From assembly GCA_947451925.1 (NCBI GenBank), contig CANGAW010000015.1, positions 13,625-45,624 on the forward strand: a stretch of DNA of 32,000 nucleotides, given 5' to 3'. The notes below the pieces were generated by a model. That model saw nothing but the letters and a program-made list of their open reading frames with translations, searched no databases and had not been told where the DNA came from. Numbering within the stretch: the first letter of the stretch is position 1; the number at the start of each line of letters is the position of its first letter. This document shows positions 1 to 8,877 of the stretch, piece after piece. A program made the translations under genes and the position numbers. Origin of the DNA: Burkholderiales bacterium (GTDB lineage Bacteria > Pseudomonadota > Gammaproteobacteria > Burkholderiales > Burkholderiaceae_D).

Positions 1-304
1 GACCTGGCCAGATTGGGCAGACTTCACCCGCGGCCTGATCGCAGACAGTAATGACGAAATGCATAGGCGGCGCATCAGGTCCGGCGAATTCATCCCAGCT
101 TTTGCTGCGCAAACCAGCAACCGGAAAACCGGCCTTTTCAAGGCAGCTGATGGACAAAGGATTGACCGAACCACGCGGATAGCTGCCAGCGCTGTAGGCA
201 TGAAACCGACCGGCACCCAATTGATTGAACATGGCTTCGGCAAGTATGCTTCTTGCCGAATTACCGGTGCATAAAAACAAGACATTGAATTGTTTGCTAT
301 CCAT
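1..304 (-). CDS. arsC: arsenate reductase, LMW-PTP (thioredoxin-coupled) type; N-terminal part, gene runs off the left edge
   Basis: Not in the ORF track because no stop lies in the window. Manual reverse-strand translation from ATG (304-302): [109 protein letters not shown] is the CX5R(S) P-loop, and VCD..GEVCP is the distal Cys pair. The + ORF 59..274 is its antisense shadow. Confidence 0.8.
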   Translation of the reverse strand, partial: MDSKQFNVLFLCTGNSARSILAEAMFNQLGAGRFHAYSAGSYPRGSVNPLSISCLEKAGFPVAGLRSKSWDEFAGPDAPPMHFVITVCDQAAGEVCPIWPG

Positions 305-565
305 CGTTGATCCTTCAGTTTGGTCGGGTTGATTGGCCGCTGGTGCAAGTGCTCAAACAGATGCGGGAAGGTGAGTTGCATCTGCGGGCAGAGCATTATT
401 TCATCATTTCAATAATTATTCAAATATTGTGCAAAAACTTTGGCCGCAATGCTTCCTGTAGCCGTGACCCGGTCGCTAAAATTCAGTGTGCTACTCTCAG
501 CCACCTGCAGGTTGGAGACGCCGGCAGATTTTTTCAAACAGCTGTGATAAATAAAAAATATAAAA

Positions 566-2374
566 ATGAACCAGCCTATTTTCAGGTTAGCGGCAGCATT
601 GTGTCTGCTCTGGATTTCCCTGCTTTCTCAAGTGTTTGCAGGGCAGTTAAGACAAGACGATATAGCGAAGCTTTTTGAAGAACGCTATGTCGTTGGCGAA
701 GTGCAGGCCGGCATGCCGGCTTATCCTTTGTTTGTTAAAAACGCGGCTGCCCCTGACAGCAAACCCGAATTAAAAGCATATGCCTTCGAGACGATTGATT
801 TTTCGTCGGTGCGGGGCTACAGCGGCAAGCCTATCGACTTGCTGGTGGTGATGGATTTGTCGGGCAATTTTTTGAGCGTGCGCCTGATCGAACATAAAGA
901 GCCGATTTTCTTTGACTCCTACGGCACCGCCAAGTTAACGGAATTCGCCGCGCAGTACAGCGGCTTGTCGCTGCAGCACACAATACAAATCCTGACTGCC
1001 AATGATGCGCCTGTGCGCAGCGAACATGCGGCCAGTTTGCGGGGCGTGCACCGCGGGACGATTTCAGAAAAAGCGATTGACCGGACCATTTTGAGTGCGG
1101 CCGCAGCCGTTGCGCTGGCAAAGTTTGCGCCACCTGCAGCAGCTGTCAGCACCGATACCAAATCAGTCGAAACGGAGTCAAAGCCGCCAGCCACAGTCGC
1201 GGAAGATAAGCCAGCGTCTGCTTCCCTGCAAGCGTTAACAACGTCGGGTGAAACACAAAACGCGTCGCTTAAATTATTGGTAAAACCCCCTACGCAGGAA
1301 GACGCGGACAAACAACAGCCGTTAAGCATCGCGTTGAACGACAAGGAAGAGTCCGCCCTTGTCACGGAGGCCAAGATTGAAAATAACGCCCCCTTACCAG
1401 TCACTAGTACGCAAGAACAGAACGCGAGGCTGCATAGCCTGATCGAGCCAGACTGGTCGACTCAGGATTGGGTAAACGTCTGGCAGTCACGCTGGCTCGA
1501 TATTGCGATTTTATTGACGGGTCTGCTTATTTTGAGCGGTGGCTTGATTGCGCAAAAGCGTTTGAGCGTCAATAGCCGGCGATTGCGCATCTTGCGCAGT
1601 CTGTATCTGCTGTTTACATTGGGATTCATAGGCTGGTACGCACAAGGTCAGCTGACCATTGTCAACATTACGGCGGCAGCAGAATCCTTAAGCTCGGGCG
1701 GGAGTTTGAGTTTTTTGATGAATGACCCGATGACGGTCATTTTGTGGGTTTTTGTCGCGGCCACCTTGCTGGTTTGGGGCCGTGGCAGCTTCTGCGGCTG
1801 GCTCTGTCCGTTTGGGGCTTTGCAGGAGCTGATCAGCTTGATTTCCAATGCGGTCGGCCTGCGCCAGCGGCGCTTGCGCACGGCACTCGATGCCAAATTG
1901 AAGTGGGTCAAATACGCTGTACTGGCCACGATTTTGGCTTCGCTTTATATTGCGCCATCCTTTGCACAACGCGCGGTTGAGATCGAACCGTTTAAAACCG
2001 CGATCAGCTTTTATTTCCTGCGCGACTGGCCCTATATGCTGTGGGCCACGTTGTGTCTGGGTTTGAGTGTTTTTGTTTATCGCGGCTATTGTCGTTATAT
2101 CTGCCCTCTGGGTGCGGCGCTGGCGTCGGTCAATTTTCTGCAGCGCTGGTCCTGGATTCCTCGTCGCGACGCATGCGGCACACCCTGTCAGTCTTGTCGT
2201 CATCGTTGCGAATATCAGGCCATTGCCGATACCGGCAAGATTAATTACAGCGAATGTTTTCAGTGTCTTGATTGCGTATCAATTTATCAGGATGATCAGC
2301 GCTGCCTGCCTTTGATACAGCAAAACAAGGTAGCTAAGCGGGTTATTTCTATTCAGGTATTAGAGGAAGCATGA
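566..2374 (+). CDS. NosR/NirI-family membrane Fe-S flavoprotein (FMN-bind-like periplasmic domain, polytopic membrane part, C-terminal ferredoxin-like Cys clusters)
   Basis: 602-aa ORF with signal peptide MNQPIFRLAAALCLLWISLLSQVFA. Several TM segments and two CX3CP motifs (CGWLCPFG, CRYICPLG). C-terminal clusters CGTPCQSCRHRC and CFQCLDCVSIY. Its stop overlaps the next start (ATGA at 2371-2374). Confidence 0.8.
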   Translation: MNQPIFRLAAALCLLWISLLSQVFAGQLRQDDIAKLFEERYVVGEVQAGMPAYPLFVKNAAAPDSKPELKAYAFETIDFSSVRGYSGKPIDLLVVMDLSGNFLSVRLIEHKEPIFFDSYGTAKLTEFAAQYSGLSLQHTIQILTANDAPVRSEHAASLRGVHRGTISEKAIDRTILSAAAAVALAKFAPPAAAVSTDTKSVETESKPPATVAEDKPASASLQALTTSGETQNASLKLLVKPPTQEDADKQQPLSIALNDKEESALVTEAKIENNAPLPVTSTQEQNARLHSLIEPDWSTQDWVNVWQSRWLDIAILLTGLLILSGGLIAQKRLSVNSRRLRILRSLYLLFTLGFIGWYAQGQLTIVNITAAAESLSSGGSLSFLMNDPMTVILWVFVAATLLVWGRGSFCGWLCPFGALQELISLISNAVGLRQRRLRTALDAKLKWVKYAVLATILASLYIAPSFAQRAVEIEPFKTAISFYFLRDWPYMLWATLCLGLSVFVYRGYCRYICPLGAALASVNFLQRWSWIPRRDACGTPCQSCRHRCEYQAIADTGKINYSECFQCLDCVSIYQDDQRCLPLIQQNKVAKRVISIQVLEEA

Positions 2375-3393
2375 TGCAGCGACGTCAGTGTTTACGTTGG
2401 GGATGGGGGCTTTTGGGGGCTGCAGCTTCAGGCCGGATTTTTGCGCAAGCGTCTGCTACGCCTGCGGCAGAAAAATTGATTTGGCGTGAAAGGATGCTGC
2501 TTGGTTTTGGTACCAGCCTGTGGCTCAAGGCCGGGCATGCGAATGCAGATCAGCTGGAAGCTGCGCTCAGTGCTGCGGTTGCGGCGATACGCAGTGTGGA
2601 ACGCCAAATGAGTTTGTTTGACCCTGACAGCGCACTATGTCGTTTGAATGCACAAGGATTTTTAACGCAGCCCGATGCGCAACTGCTGTCCGTTTTGATG
2701 CTGTCGTGCAAGGTGTCTTCGCAAAGCGGCGGTGCTTTTGATGTGAGCATGCAGCCCTTGTGGCAAGTCTGGTCGCAGGCGGCGACCGAAGCCAGAATGC
2801 CCTCACGCCGGGAAGTGCAGCGGGCGCGGCAACAGGTGAACTGGCGAGCGGTAGAAGCAACGCCGTCTATGCTACGGTTGAATAAACAGGGCATGGGCTT
2901 GTCGCTTAACGGCATTGCGCAAGGCTATGCGGCGGATTGTGCGCGAGCCGCTTTGCAATCGCAGGGCATTTTGCATGCGTTAATTGATACGGGTGAAACC
3001 ACGTCGCTGGGACATGCTCCGGATGACAAAGCCTGGAGCTTTGATATTGAAAACGCTGTATCAACACTTCCTGATGCCACGCCTTCTCAAGCACCCTTGC
3101 TGGTTTGTGACGGCCGCGCAATGGCCACTTCATCAGACGCGCACACCGTGTTCAGTGCGGACCATTTGCATCACCATATTTTGAATCCGGACACGGGTTA
3201 TTCGCCAACGCATTGGTCGTCGGTGACGGTGATAGCGCCAAGCTGTGTGTTGGCTGATGCCCTGACCAAGGTGTTTTTCATGTTGCCACCTTCGCAGGTG
3301 TTGTCTGCTGCCCGTCGCTGGCAGGTGGATGTGGTGCTGCAAAATAAAGCGGGGCAGTGGTTTGCCAGTCAACGTGCAAACAATCGAGCCTGA
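2371..3393 (+). CDS. apbE: FAD:protein FMN transferase (ApbE/NosX family), exported
   Basis: 340-aa ORF. N-terminus has an RR-containing signal (MMQRRQCLRWGWGLLGAAASGRIFA). Carries the ApbE-type motif LNGIAQGYAAD and a 4-nt overlap with the NosR-like gene. Confidence 0.85.
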   Translation: MMQRRQCLRWGWGLLGAAASGRIFAQASATPAAEKLIWRERMLLGFGTSLWLKAGHANADQLEAALSAAVAAIRSVERQMSLFDPDSALCRLNAQGFLTQPDAQLLSVLMLSCKVSSQSGGAFDVSMQPLWQVWSQAATEARMPSRREVQRARQQVNWRAVEATPSMLRLNKQGMGLSLNGIAQGYAADCARAALQSQGILHALIDTGETTSLGHAPDDKAWSFDIENAVSTLPDATPSQAPLLVCDGRAMATSSDAHTVFSADHLHHHILNPDTGYSPTHWSSVTVIAPSCVLADALTKVFFMLPPSQVLSAARRWQVDVVLQNKAGQWFASQRANNRA

Positions 3394-3406
3394 AGGAGCC
3401 TTGGAA

Positions 3407-3937
3407 ATGTCGGTTCCTTCCTTAAGTTGGGTTGTTATTTTTTTATTGTTTCTTTGCGTGGAAACAGTTGCATCTGAAAAAACAGCGTTGATTGCACAAC
3501 CGTCAGAGGAAATACTGCGCTATTTAAAGCAAGCCGATAGCAATGTGTACGCCAAAAGAACAGGCCCTTGTACGTTTGAAACGCTGCAAAAATTTCATGG
3601 CGAACTGGCGACTCACCAGCAGGTAACGCTCGATTTTCAGCACGTTGATCAGGTGACCACCGGAAAAACATTGGCACCAAACCGGAACGACACCCAGTAC
3701 AGGGCCATCGCAGAAAAAAGACCGTATGCTGTTTTTTTTCGCAGTCAATCAGGCGGCTCCGTCACCAGCACGCAAACCTGGTTTGAACCCAATCTGTTCA
3801 AGTTGCCCAAGTCCTTCAGCAGCGAAAATGAAGACGCTTTTTTTGTGCAAACAGAAGATGAAATGGAAAATCTGAAAACCGTGATGGCCGTTTTTTCTGC
3901 ACAATGCTCGAAAGAGCAATTTACTAACCAACCCTAA
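3407..3937 (+). CDS. secreted hypothetical protein (about 176 aa)
   Basis: ATG at 3407 is preceded by GAAGGAG (3392-3398). Signal-like N-terminus MSVPSLSWVVIFLLFLCVETVAS. Packed between apbE (stop 3393) and nikR (start 3951). No recognisable family. Confidence 0.6.
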   Translation: MSVPSLSWVVIFLLFLCVETVASEKTALIAQPSEEILRYLKQADSNVYAKRTGPCTFETLQKFHGELATHQQVTLDFQHVDQVTTGKTLAPNRNDTQYRAIAEKRPYAVFFRSQSGGSVTSTQTWFEPNLFKLPKSFSSENEDAFFVQTEDEMENLKTVMAVFSAQCSKEQFTNQP

Positions 3938-3950
3938 TGAAGGGGAAGCG

Positions 3951-4421
3951 ATGGAACGTTTTACGATTTCGCTGGGCGACGAATTGGCAGCAGACTTCGA
4001 CCGGCTGATCGAAGAAACCGGTTATGAAAATCGTTCGGAGGCGGTAAGAGATCTGATCCGGCAGGCGCTTGAAAAATCGCGCATTGAATCGAATAAGTCC
4101 AAACATTGCATTGCAGTGGTCAGCTATGTGTATAACCATCACGAAAAAACGATGGCAGACAGATTAATGCATGCGCAGCATGAACATCACAATATCGTCA
4201 TGTCCACCATGCATGCGCATCTGGATCACGATAATTGTATGGAAGCGGTTTTTTTGAAAGGGCGGGCCGATGCGGTCAGAGAGTTTGCCGGAAATCTTAC
4301 CGCCATGTCTGGCATCCGGCATGGCGCCATGAACCTGATTTCAGCCGATGTCGCGGCCGTAAAACACAGTCACGGGCATGGTCTGCTGCACACCCACACC
4401 CATCTGAAGCCGAAAAATTAA
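3951..4421 (+). CDS. nikR: nickel-responsive transcriptional regulator NikR (ribbon-helix-helix + ACT-like Ni domain)
   Basis: N-terminus MERFTISLGDELAADFDRLIEETGYENRSEAVRDLIR is the CopG/RHH fold. The central HAHLDHDNC supplies the His/His/Cys Ni ligands typical of NikR. His-rich tail HSHGHGLLHTHTH. Confidence 0.85.
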   Translation: MERFTISLGDELAADFDRLIEETGYENRSEAVRDLIRQALEKSRIESNKSKHCIAVVSYVYNHHEKTMADRLMHAQHEHHNIVMSTMHAHLDHDNCMEAVFLKGRADAVREFAGNLTAMSGIRHGAMNLISADVAAVKHSHGHGLLHTHTHLKPKN

Positions 4422-4449
4422 GTCCGGATTTTTCGGTTTGACGATGCAC

Positions 4450-4668
4450 TCAAGCCCGTTTTGCGCGGCGGCTTTTTGCAAAAAATACCAGGTTTGAAGC
4501 GATAGCAAGCAGGAGTAAGCCGATCAGATACGTTGAGTTGACACTCAGGTCTCCATTTTGAAGATGGGTGTGAAACTCAACGCTGCTGTGTGCCGAGGCA
4601 TTGCCGGCAGCAAGCAGAAACAGTGTCTGCACCAGAAAGTGGCGGGCTTTCAAATTTGCGATTTTCAT
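4450..4668 (-). CDS. small exported, C-terminally membrane-anchored protein with His-bearing N-terminus (possible metal-related)
   Basis: 72-aa ORF with signal peptide ending ...GNASA. The mature start is HSSVEFHTH. C-terminal hydrophobic helix followed by KSRRAKRA. Divergent from the TonB receptor gene and shares the NikR-box region with it. Confidence 0.45.
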   Translation of the reverse strand: MKIANLKARHFLVQTLFLLAAGNASAHSSVEFHTHLQNGDLSVNSTYLIGLLLLAIASNLVFFAKSRRAKRA

Positions 4669-4741
4669 TTGTTCTTCATCTTTCTTGATGCGTTATATAG
4701 CTGACTTGCAAGTTAACAGCGTTTTCTTTGTCCGTCAATTT

Positions 4742-4770
4742 TGTATGAAATTAATTAAATCATTCATACA
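4742..4770. promoter_or_regulatory. candidate NikR operator: TGTATGAA-N13-TTCATACA (GTATGA-N15-TCATAC)
   Basis: Perfect 8-bp inverted arms at 4742-4749 and 4763-4770 around an AT-rich spacer. As I recall it, the E. coli NikR operator is GTATGA-N16-TCATAC. The site lies 74 nt upstream of the small gene start (4668) and 167 nt upstream of the receptor start (4937). A TATATT hexamer at 4788-4793 puts the right arm at about the -35 position. Confidence 0.6.
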
Positions 4771-4936
4771 ATCAAAATATTCTCTGCTATATTCGATTCA
4801 CATCTTTTGATGTCACTTTGAAGGATGAAAGATACTGGACCCCGGCCTTCGCCGGGGCAACGAATGAGAGCCAGCTAGCCCCGTAAACGTCATTGCGGCA
4901 CAGGCCGGAACCCCGTGGCTTTTTTGCCTTTAAAAA

Positions 4937-6979
4937 ATGACGATCCTAGTCGCGGCAACACTGTTTTTCCTGACCTTTGGTTTTGTGCTGGCAGACGAGA
5001 TGCCAGCATTACCAACAGTTGAAGTCGTAGCCCGTTACAGTCTTTTTGGCTCCAGTGATTCGGCCAGCGAAGGCGTTGCCGGTCAATTTGAAATCGAGAA
5101 CCGGGTAGCCGGCCATACCGGTGAAGTGCTGGAGCTGGTGCCGGGTCTGATCGTCAGTCAGCATAGCGGCGAAGGCAAAGCGAATCAGTATTTTTTGCGC
5201 GGCTTTAACCTGGACCACGGCAGTGATTTCAAACTCTCAATAGACGGCATGCCAGTCAACCAGCGTAGTCATGCCCACGCTCAGGGATGGGCGGACCTCA
5301 ATTTTTTGATGCCGGAGCTGATCTCCGCTATTCGTTATCGCAAGGGGCCTTATTACGCAGCAGAGGGGGATTTTGCTAATGCCGGCTCGGTCCACATTGA
5401 CTACACCGACAAGCTTGAGCGTGGCATTGCCAGTATCGGTTTTGGGCAAAATGGCTTTTATCGGACTTTGCTGGCCGACTCCCCCCAATTTCATGATGGC
5501 AGACTCTTGTATGCACTGGAGCTGTCGCATTACGATGGCCCCTGGGATCAGCCGGACAACTACCGCAAGTTCAATGGCCTGCTGCGCTATAGCGAAGGGA
5601 GCAAGGCGAACGGCTTCAACATTACTGCGATGGCTTATTCAGGACAGTGGAATGCCACCGACCAGATTCCTTTGAATGAATATAAGGCGGGACAAATAAC
5701 GCGCTGGAGTTCAATGGATACGACGGACGGTGGGTCAGCCAATCGCGCCAGTCTCTCCGGCGAGTGGCGACAGTCCGATGTTATGGGGGCAATGCTGGCG
5801 CAGGCCTATGTCATCAGCAATGCGCTCGACCTGTACTCCAATTTTGAATATGCTCCCGAGAGTCAGTTTAATCAGCGTGACAGTCGGCTAACGACGGGCT
5901 TTAATTTTTCTCGCAGCTGGAGCATGTCTGGTCTGGGCGCAGACGCTACCAACACCTTGGGCGTGCAGGGACAAAACGATCAGATTCACAATTCACTAAA
6001 CAGCACCACAGCGCGCATTCGTCATCCCGGCTGTTTGCTTCCCGGCGCCGTTAATGACACGCAAACTCAGTGCCGTGAAGACCGCATCAGACAAAGCAGC
6101 ATCGCTGTCTATGCGGACAATCATGTCGACTGGAATGGCTGGTTTCGTACGACTGCCGGTTTGCGCGGGGATTATTTTCGCTTCAACAATGTCGGCCTGA
6201 GCGATGCCGCCAACACGGATACGGTGACTGATTTCAGCCTGAGTCCAAAACTCCATATTGTTTTCGGGCCCTGGAATAAAACCGAGTATTACTACAGCAT
6301 GGGTCGTGGCTTTCATTCCAACGATGCCCGTGGCGTGACAATCGGTAGCGGAGTCCGTGCCAACGGTTTAGTGCGCAGCTTTGGACATGAAGCCGGCGTT
6401 CGCAGCGAAATCATCGATGGCTTGCAAACCACCTTCACGCTGTTCCAGTTGGATAATGCATCGGAAATTATTTACATCGGCGACGAAGGCAGAACGCAAG
6501 ATTCAGGTCGCCGCAGCCGTCGCATTGGTGTCGAATTCAACAACGTGTTCAAGGCCAACACCTGGCTGACGATGGATGCCGACCTAGCTTGGACGCGTGC
6601 CCGTTTCCTCGATGCTGCTGCCAGTGGTGATTACATTGAAGGCGCAGTCGAAGGCGTGGCTTCATTGGCCATGATCATGGATAACGGTGGGCCCTATAGT
6701 GGCTCGCTGCAATTGCGCTATTTCGGACCTCGCCCTCTGACAGAAGACAACTCGATACGGTCTGATGCCACGGTGACCGTCAACGGTAAACTTGGCTATC
6801 GGGTCAGCAGCGATACGAAGCTGGAACTGATTGGTTTTAACCTGTTGAACAGCCAGAACTCGGCAATCGATTATTACAGCGACTCTTATACCTTTGGCGC
6901 AACGAGCAGCTTAAGCGGGCGTGTATTTCACCCGATTGAATCGCGGGCGTTTCGTGTCATGGTGATCAGCCGGTTTTGA
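4937..6979 (+). CDS. TonB-dependent outer-membrane receptor (candidate nickel/metal-chelate uptake)
   Basis: 680-aa ORF with a signal peptide. Plug-domain-like N-terminus (GEVLELVPGLIVSQHSGEGKANQYFLRGFNLDHGSDF...DGMPVN). Beta-barrel-type composition and a C-terminal aromatic residue (...RVMVISRF). Confidence 0.85.
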   Translation: MTILVAATLFFLTFGFVLADEMPALPTVEVVARYSLFGSSDSASEGVAGQFEIENRVAGHTGEVLELVPGLIVSQHSGEGKANQYFLRGFNLDHGSDFKLSIDGMPVNQRSHAHAQGWADLNFLMPELISAIRYRKGPYYAAEGDFANAGSVHIDYTDKLERGIASIGFGQNGFYRTLLADSPQFHDGRLLYALELSHYDGPWDQPDNYRKFNGLLRYSEGSKANGFNITAMAYSGQWNATDQIPLNEYKAGQITRWSSMDTTDGGSANRASLSGEWRQSDVMGAMLAQAYVISNALDLYSNFEYAPESQFNQRDSRLTTGFNFSRSWSMSGLGADATNTLGVQGQNDQIHNSLNSTTARIRHPGCLLPGAVNDTQTQCREDRIRQSSIAVYADNHVDWNGWFRTTAGLRGDYFRFNNVGLSDAANTDTVTDFSLSPKLHIVFGPWNKTEYYYSMGRGFHSNDARGVTIGSGVRANGLVRSFGHEAGVRSEIIDGLQTTFTLFQLDNASEIIYIGDEGRTQDSGRRSRRIGVEFNNVFKANTWLTMDADLAWTRARFLDAAASGDYIEGAVEGVASLAMIMDNGGPYSGSLQLRYFGPRPLTEDNSIRSDATVTVNGKLGYRVSSDTKLELIGFNLLNSQNSAIDYYSDSYTFGATSSLSGRVFHPIESRAFRVMVISRF

Positions 6980-7048
6980 TTTGAGCAATGCCGCATGTAT
7001 ACAGAATGATATAATTTTCATATTATTTCAAATAAAAAAATCCCGCAA

Positions 7049-8425
7049 ATGTATTCTAATAAACGCTTTATCGTCAGTGCATCGGCGCTGGTTTTTGCCA
7101 TTATCGTAATGTGGGCAGGTGCCAGTGTCTACGTGGGCAAGCGACTCGAATCCGAGTTTCAGAAGGTCGTTCAGGCGTCGGTGCAGTCGCATTCTTACCG
7201 CCTGCGCAATTTGAAGCACCAAGTCGGCATGTTTGCTTCTTCCGGTCAGGCCGATCTGGCACTGATCGACGAGTGCGGTGCCATTGGCAGTGCGCCTGAA
7301 TATTTCAAGGCCAGACTCAGCTACAAGCTGTCGCATCTGATCTTGCCAACTTCACTGGCCCGCATCGAATGGTCGCTTGAACCATCCGGTGAAGCGAAGG
7401 CTGATTTCGAAAAGCTTTTTAACGGCCAGGCCAGATTAGAAGGCAGGGGAAAAATTGGCATAACCGGTACGCTGCAGTCGGACATGAGTCTGCCTGAAAT
7501 CAAATGGGGGCAGCGCGGGACTGTAGTGTCAGTTTCGCCGTCGGCCGGCACCATCACGATTGGTAAAGGCGCGCTGGATGTGGACTGGAAAACAGCAAAA
7601 ATCACCGGCCGCGGCCATGGCTCCGCGATGCAACTAGATGGTTTGGGTATGCAGGTGGGGCTAAGCAATGTGCAGCGCGGTTTGGGTAGCGTGACGCTCA
7701 CCGTAGACAAGATTGCTACTTCGCTGGGCAGCGCCGAAGGCATACAGCTGGCGACCGAAGTGCTGGAGCAGGGCGATCATCTCAATATGACGATGACGCC
7801 CAGTATCAAATCCTTGAGTGGCGGCGGCAAGGACTTCAAGGACCTGATGCTCCAGATTGCCGTCAATGGTTTGCATGGCAAGAGCATTGAATATTTGCTT
7901 AATTTGTCGCAGACATCCTGCAATTTCCATAACCTCACCAAAAAGGAAGCGGAGCAAATGCGCGACAGTGTGCGCACCTTGCTGTTCGAAGGCTTCTCAG
8001 CTGGCATTCAAAAAATTGGTGGCACAGTCGATGGCGATACGCTTGATGCCAGGCTGATGGTTGAACTGGTCAAGACGACTGGTACCGAGTTCAAACTGGT
8101 CTCGGTGCTCAAGTCCCGTGGCCAGCTGACATTATTGGGTAAAGATAATCAGGATACGCAGCAAGACCATAAAAATTCGCTGGTGTCGATGGGCGTGGGT
8201 ACTAAAATTCCCGGCGGCGTCAAGGCTGAGTACGACTATGATGCTGGACTGATGAAATTGAACGGTGCAGTCTTTGATGCAGCACTGCTGGAATCAATCA
8301 TGTCCGGCGTGGATAAAGCGATTAATGCTTTCCTGCGCGGAGAAGTGGCAACCGAATTGGCACCTTCCAGCCCGCCTATGGAAGCGCTGCCTGAAGAAGC
8401 ACAGCAGCCTGAAGTTGAGGCCTGA
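7049..8425 (+). CDS. YdgA-like / DUF945-family membrane-anchored protein
   Basis: 458-aa ORF. N-terminal anchor plus motif (FIVSASALVFAIIVMWAGASVYVGKRLESEFQKVV) resembles the E. coli YdgA N-terminus. Assignment is from memory of that family. Confidence 0.55.
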   Translation: MYSNKRFIVSASALVFAIIVMWAGASVYVGKRLESEFQKVVQASVQSHSYRLRNLKHQVGMFASSGQADLALIDECGAIGSAPEYFKARLSYKLSHLILPTSLARIEWSLEPSGEAKADFEKLFNGQARLEGRGKIGITGTLQSDMSLPEIKWGQRGTVVSVSPSAGTITIGKGALDVDWKTAKITGRGHGSAMQLDGLGMQVGLSNVQRGLGSVTLTVDKIATSLGSAEGIQLATEVLEQGDHLNMTMTPSIKSLSGGGKDFKDLMLQIAVNGLHGKSIEYLLNLSQTSCNFHNLTKKEAEQMRDSVRTLLFEGFSAGIQKIGGTVDGDTLDARLMVELVKTTGTEFKLVSVLKSRGQLTLLGKDNQDTQQDHKNSLVSMGVGTKIPGGVKAEYDYDAGLMKLNGAVFDAALLESIMSGVDKAINAFLRGEVATELAPSSPPMEALPEEAQQPEVEA

Positions 8426-8476
8426 AAACGAAGCGATCGTGCAAAATGATGTCGCATTTATAAAAAGAGCTAAACC

Positions 8477-8848
8477 ATGAAACCCAGCGCATTTCTTATC
8501 GCTTTATTGATCGCACTGCCAGCGCCGCTTGTCTTTGCCAAAGGCCGGGTGCTTGAATGTGCAATTACCAAACTTCCATCGAATGACATTCTGCACAAAG
8601 GACAATGCTATTACTTGCCCCATAAGGGCGGTTCTTTCGCGCTGCTCAAAGCAGAAGGCGAGGGCGCCTTGTATGCTTCTGTCGAGATGGTGACGGTGTA
8701 TGTAATGGGCAGGGATACTGCCGAGGTCACCAGACTGGTCAAAGAGGAAGATGGCGAATCCCGCAATGACACCTGGGGAGAAGCGAAGCGGTCTAAAGCG
8801 GATAGTGCTTGCTGGGAGGGCGCGGAGTTTCGTATTTGTGCCTGGTGA
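8477..8848 (+). CDS. secreted hypothetical protein
   Basis: 123-aa ORF with signal peptide MKPSAFLIALLIALPAPLVFAKG and several Cys residues. No family recognised. Confidence 0.55.
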   Translation: MKPSAFLIALLIALPAPLVFAKGRVLECAITKLPSNDILHKGQCYYLPHKGGSFALLKAEGEGALYASVEMVTVYVMGRDTAEVTRLVKEEDGESRNDTWGEAKRSKADSACWEGAEFRICAW

Positions 8849-8877
8849 GAGTTCACTTCCTTGCGTTTGACTTTGTC

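Noticed and set aside
59-274. 71-aa + strand ORF at the left edge
   Set aside because: It lies antisense to a clear arsC reading frame (CX5R motif) on the minus strand. Its Arg-rich composition is typical of a shadow ORF.
4800-4936. GC-rich hairpins in the leader of the TonB receptor gene (CCCCGGC-cttc-GCCGGGG, then ...CCCCGTGGCTTTTTT) as a possible riboswitch or attenuator
   Set aside because: I could not match it to B12-box, NiCo or other riboswitch cores by eye. It may be a REP-like element or a simple leader structure. It needs an Rfam scan.
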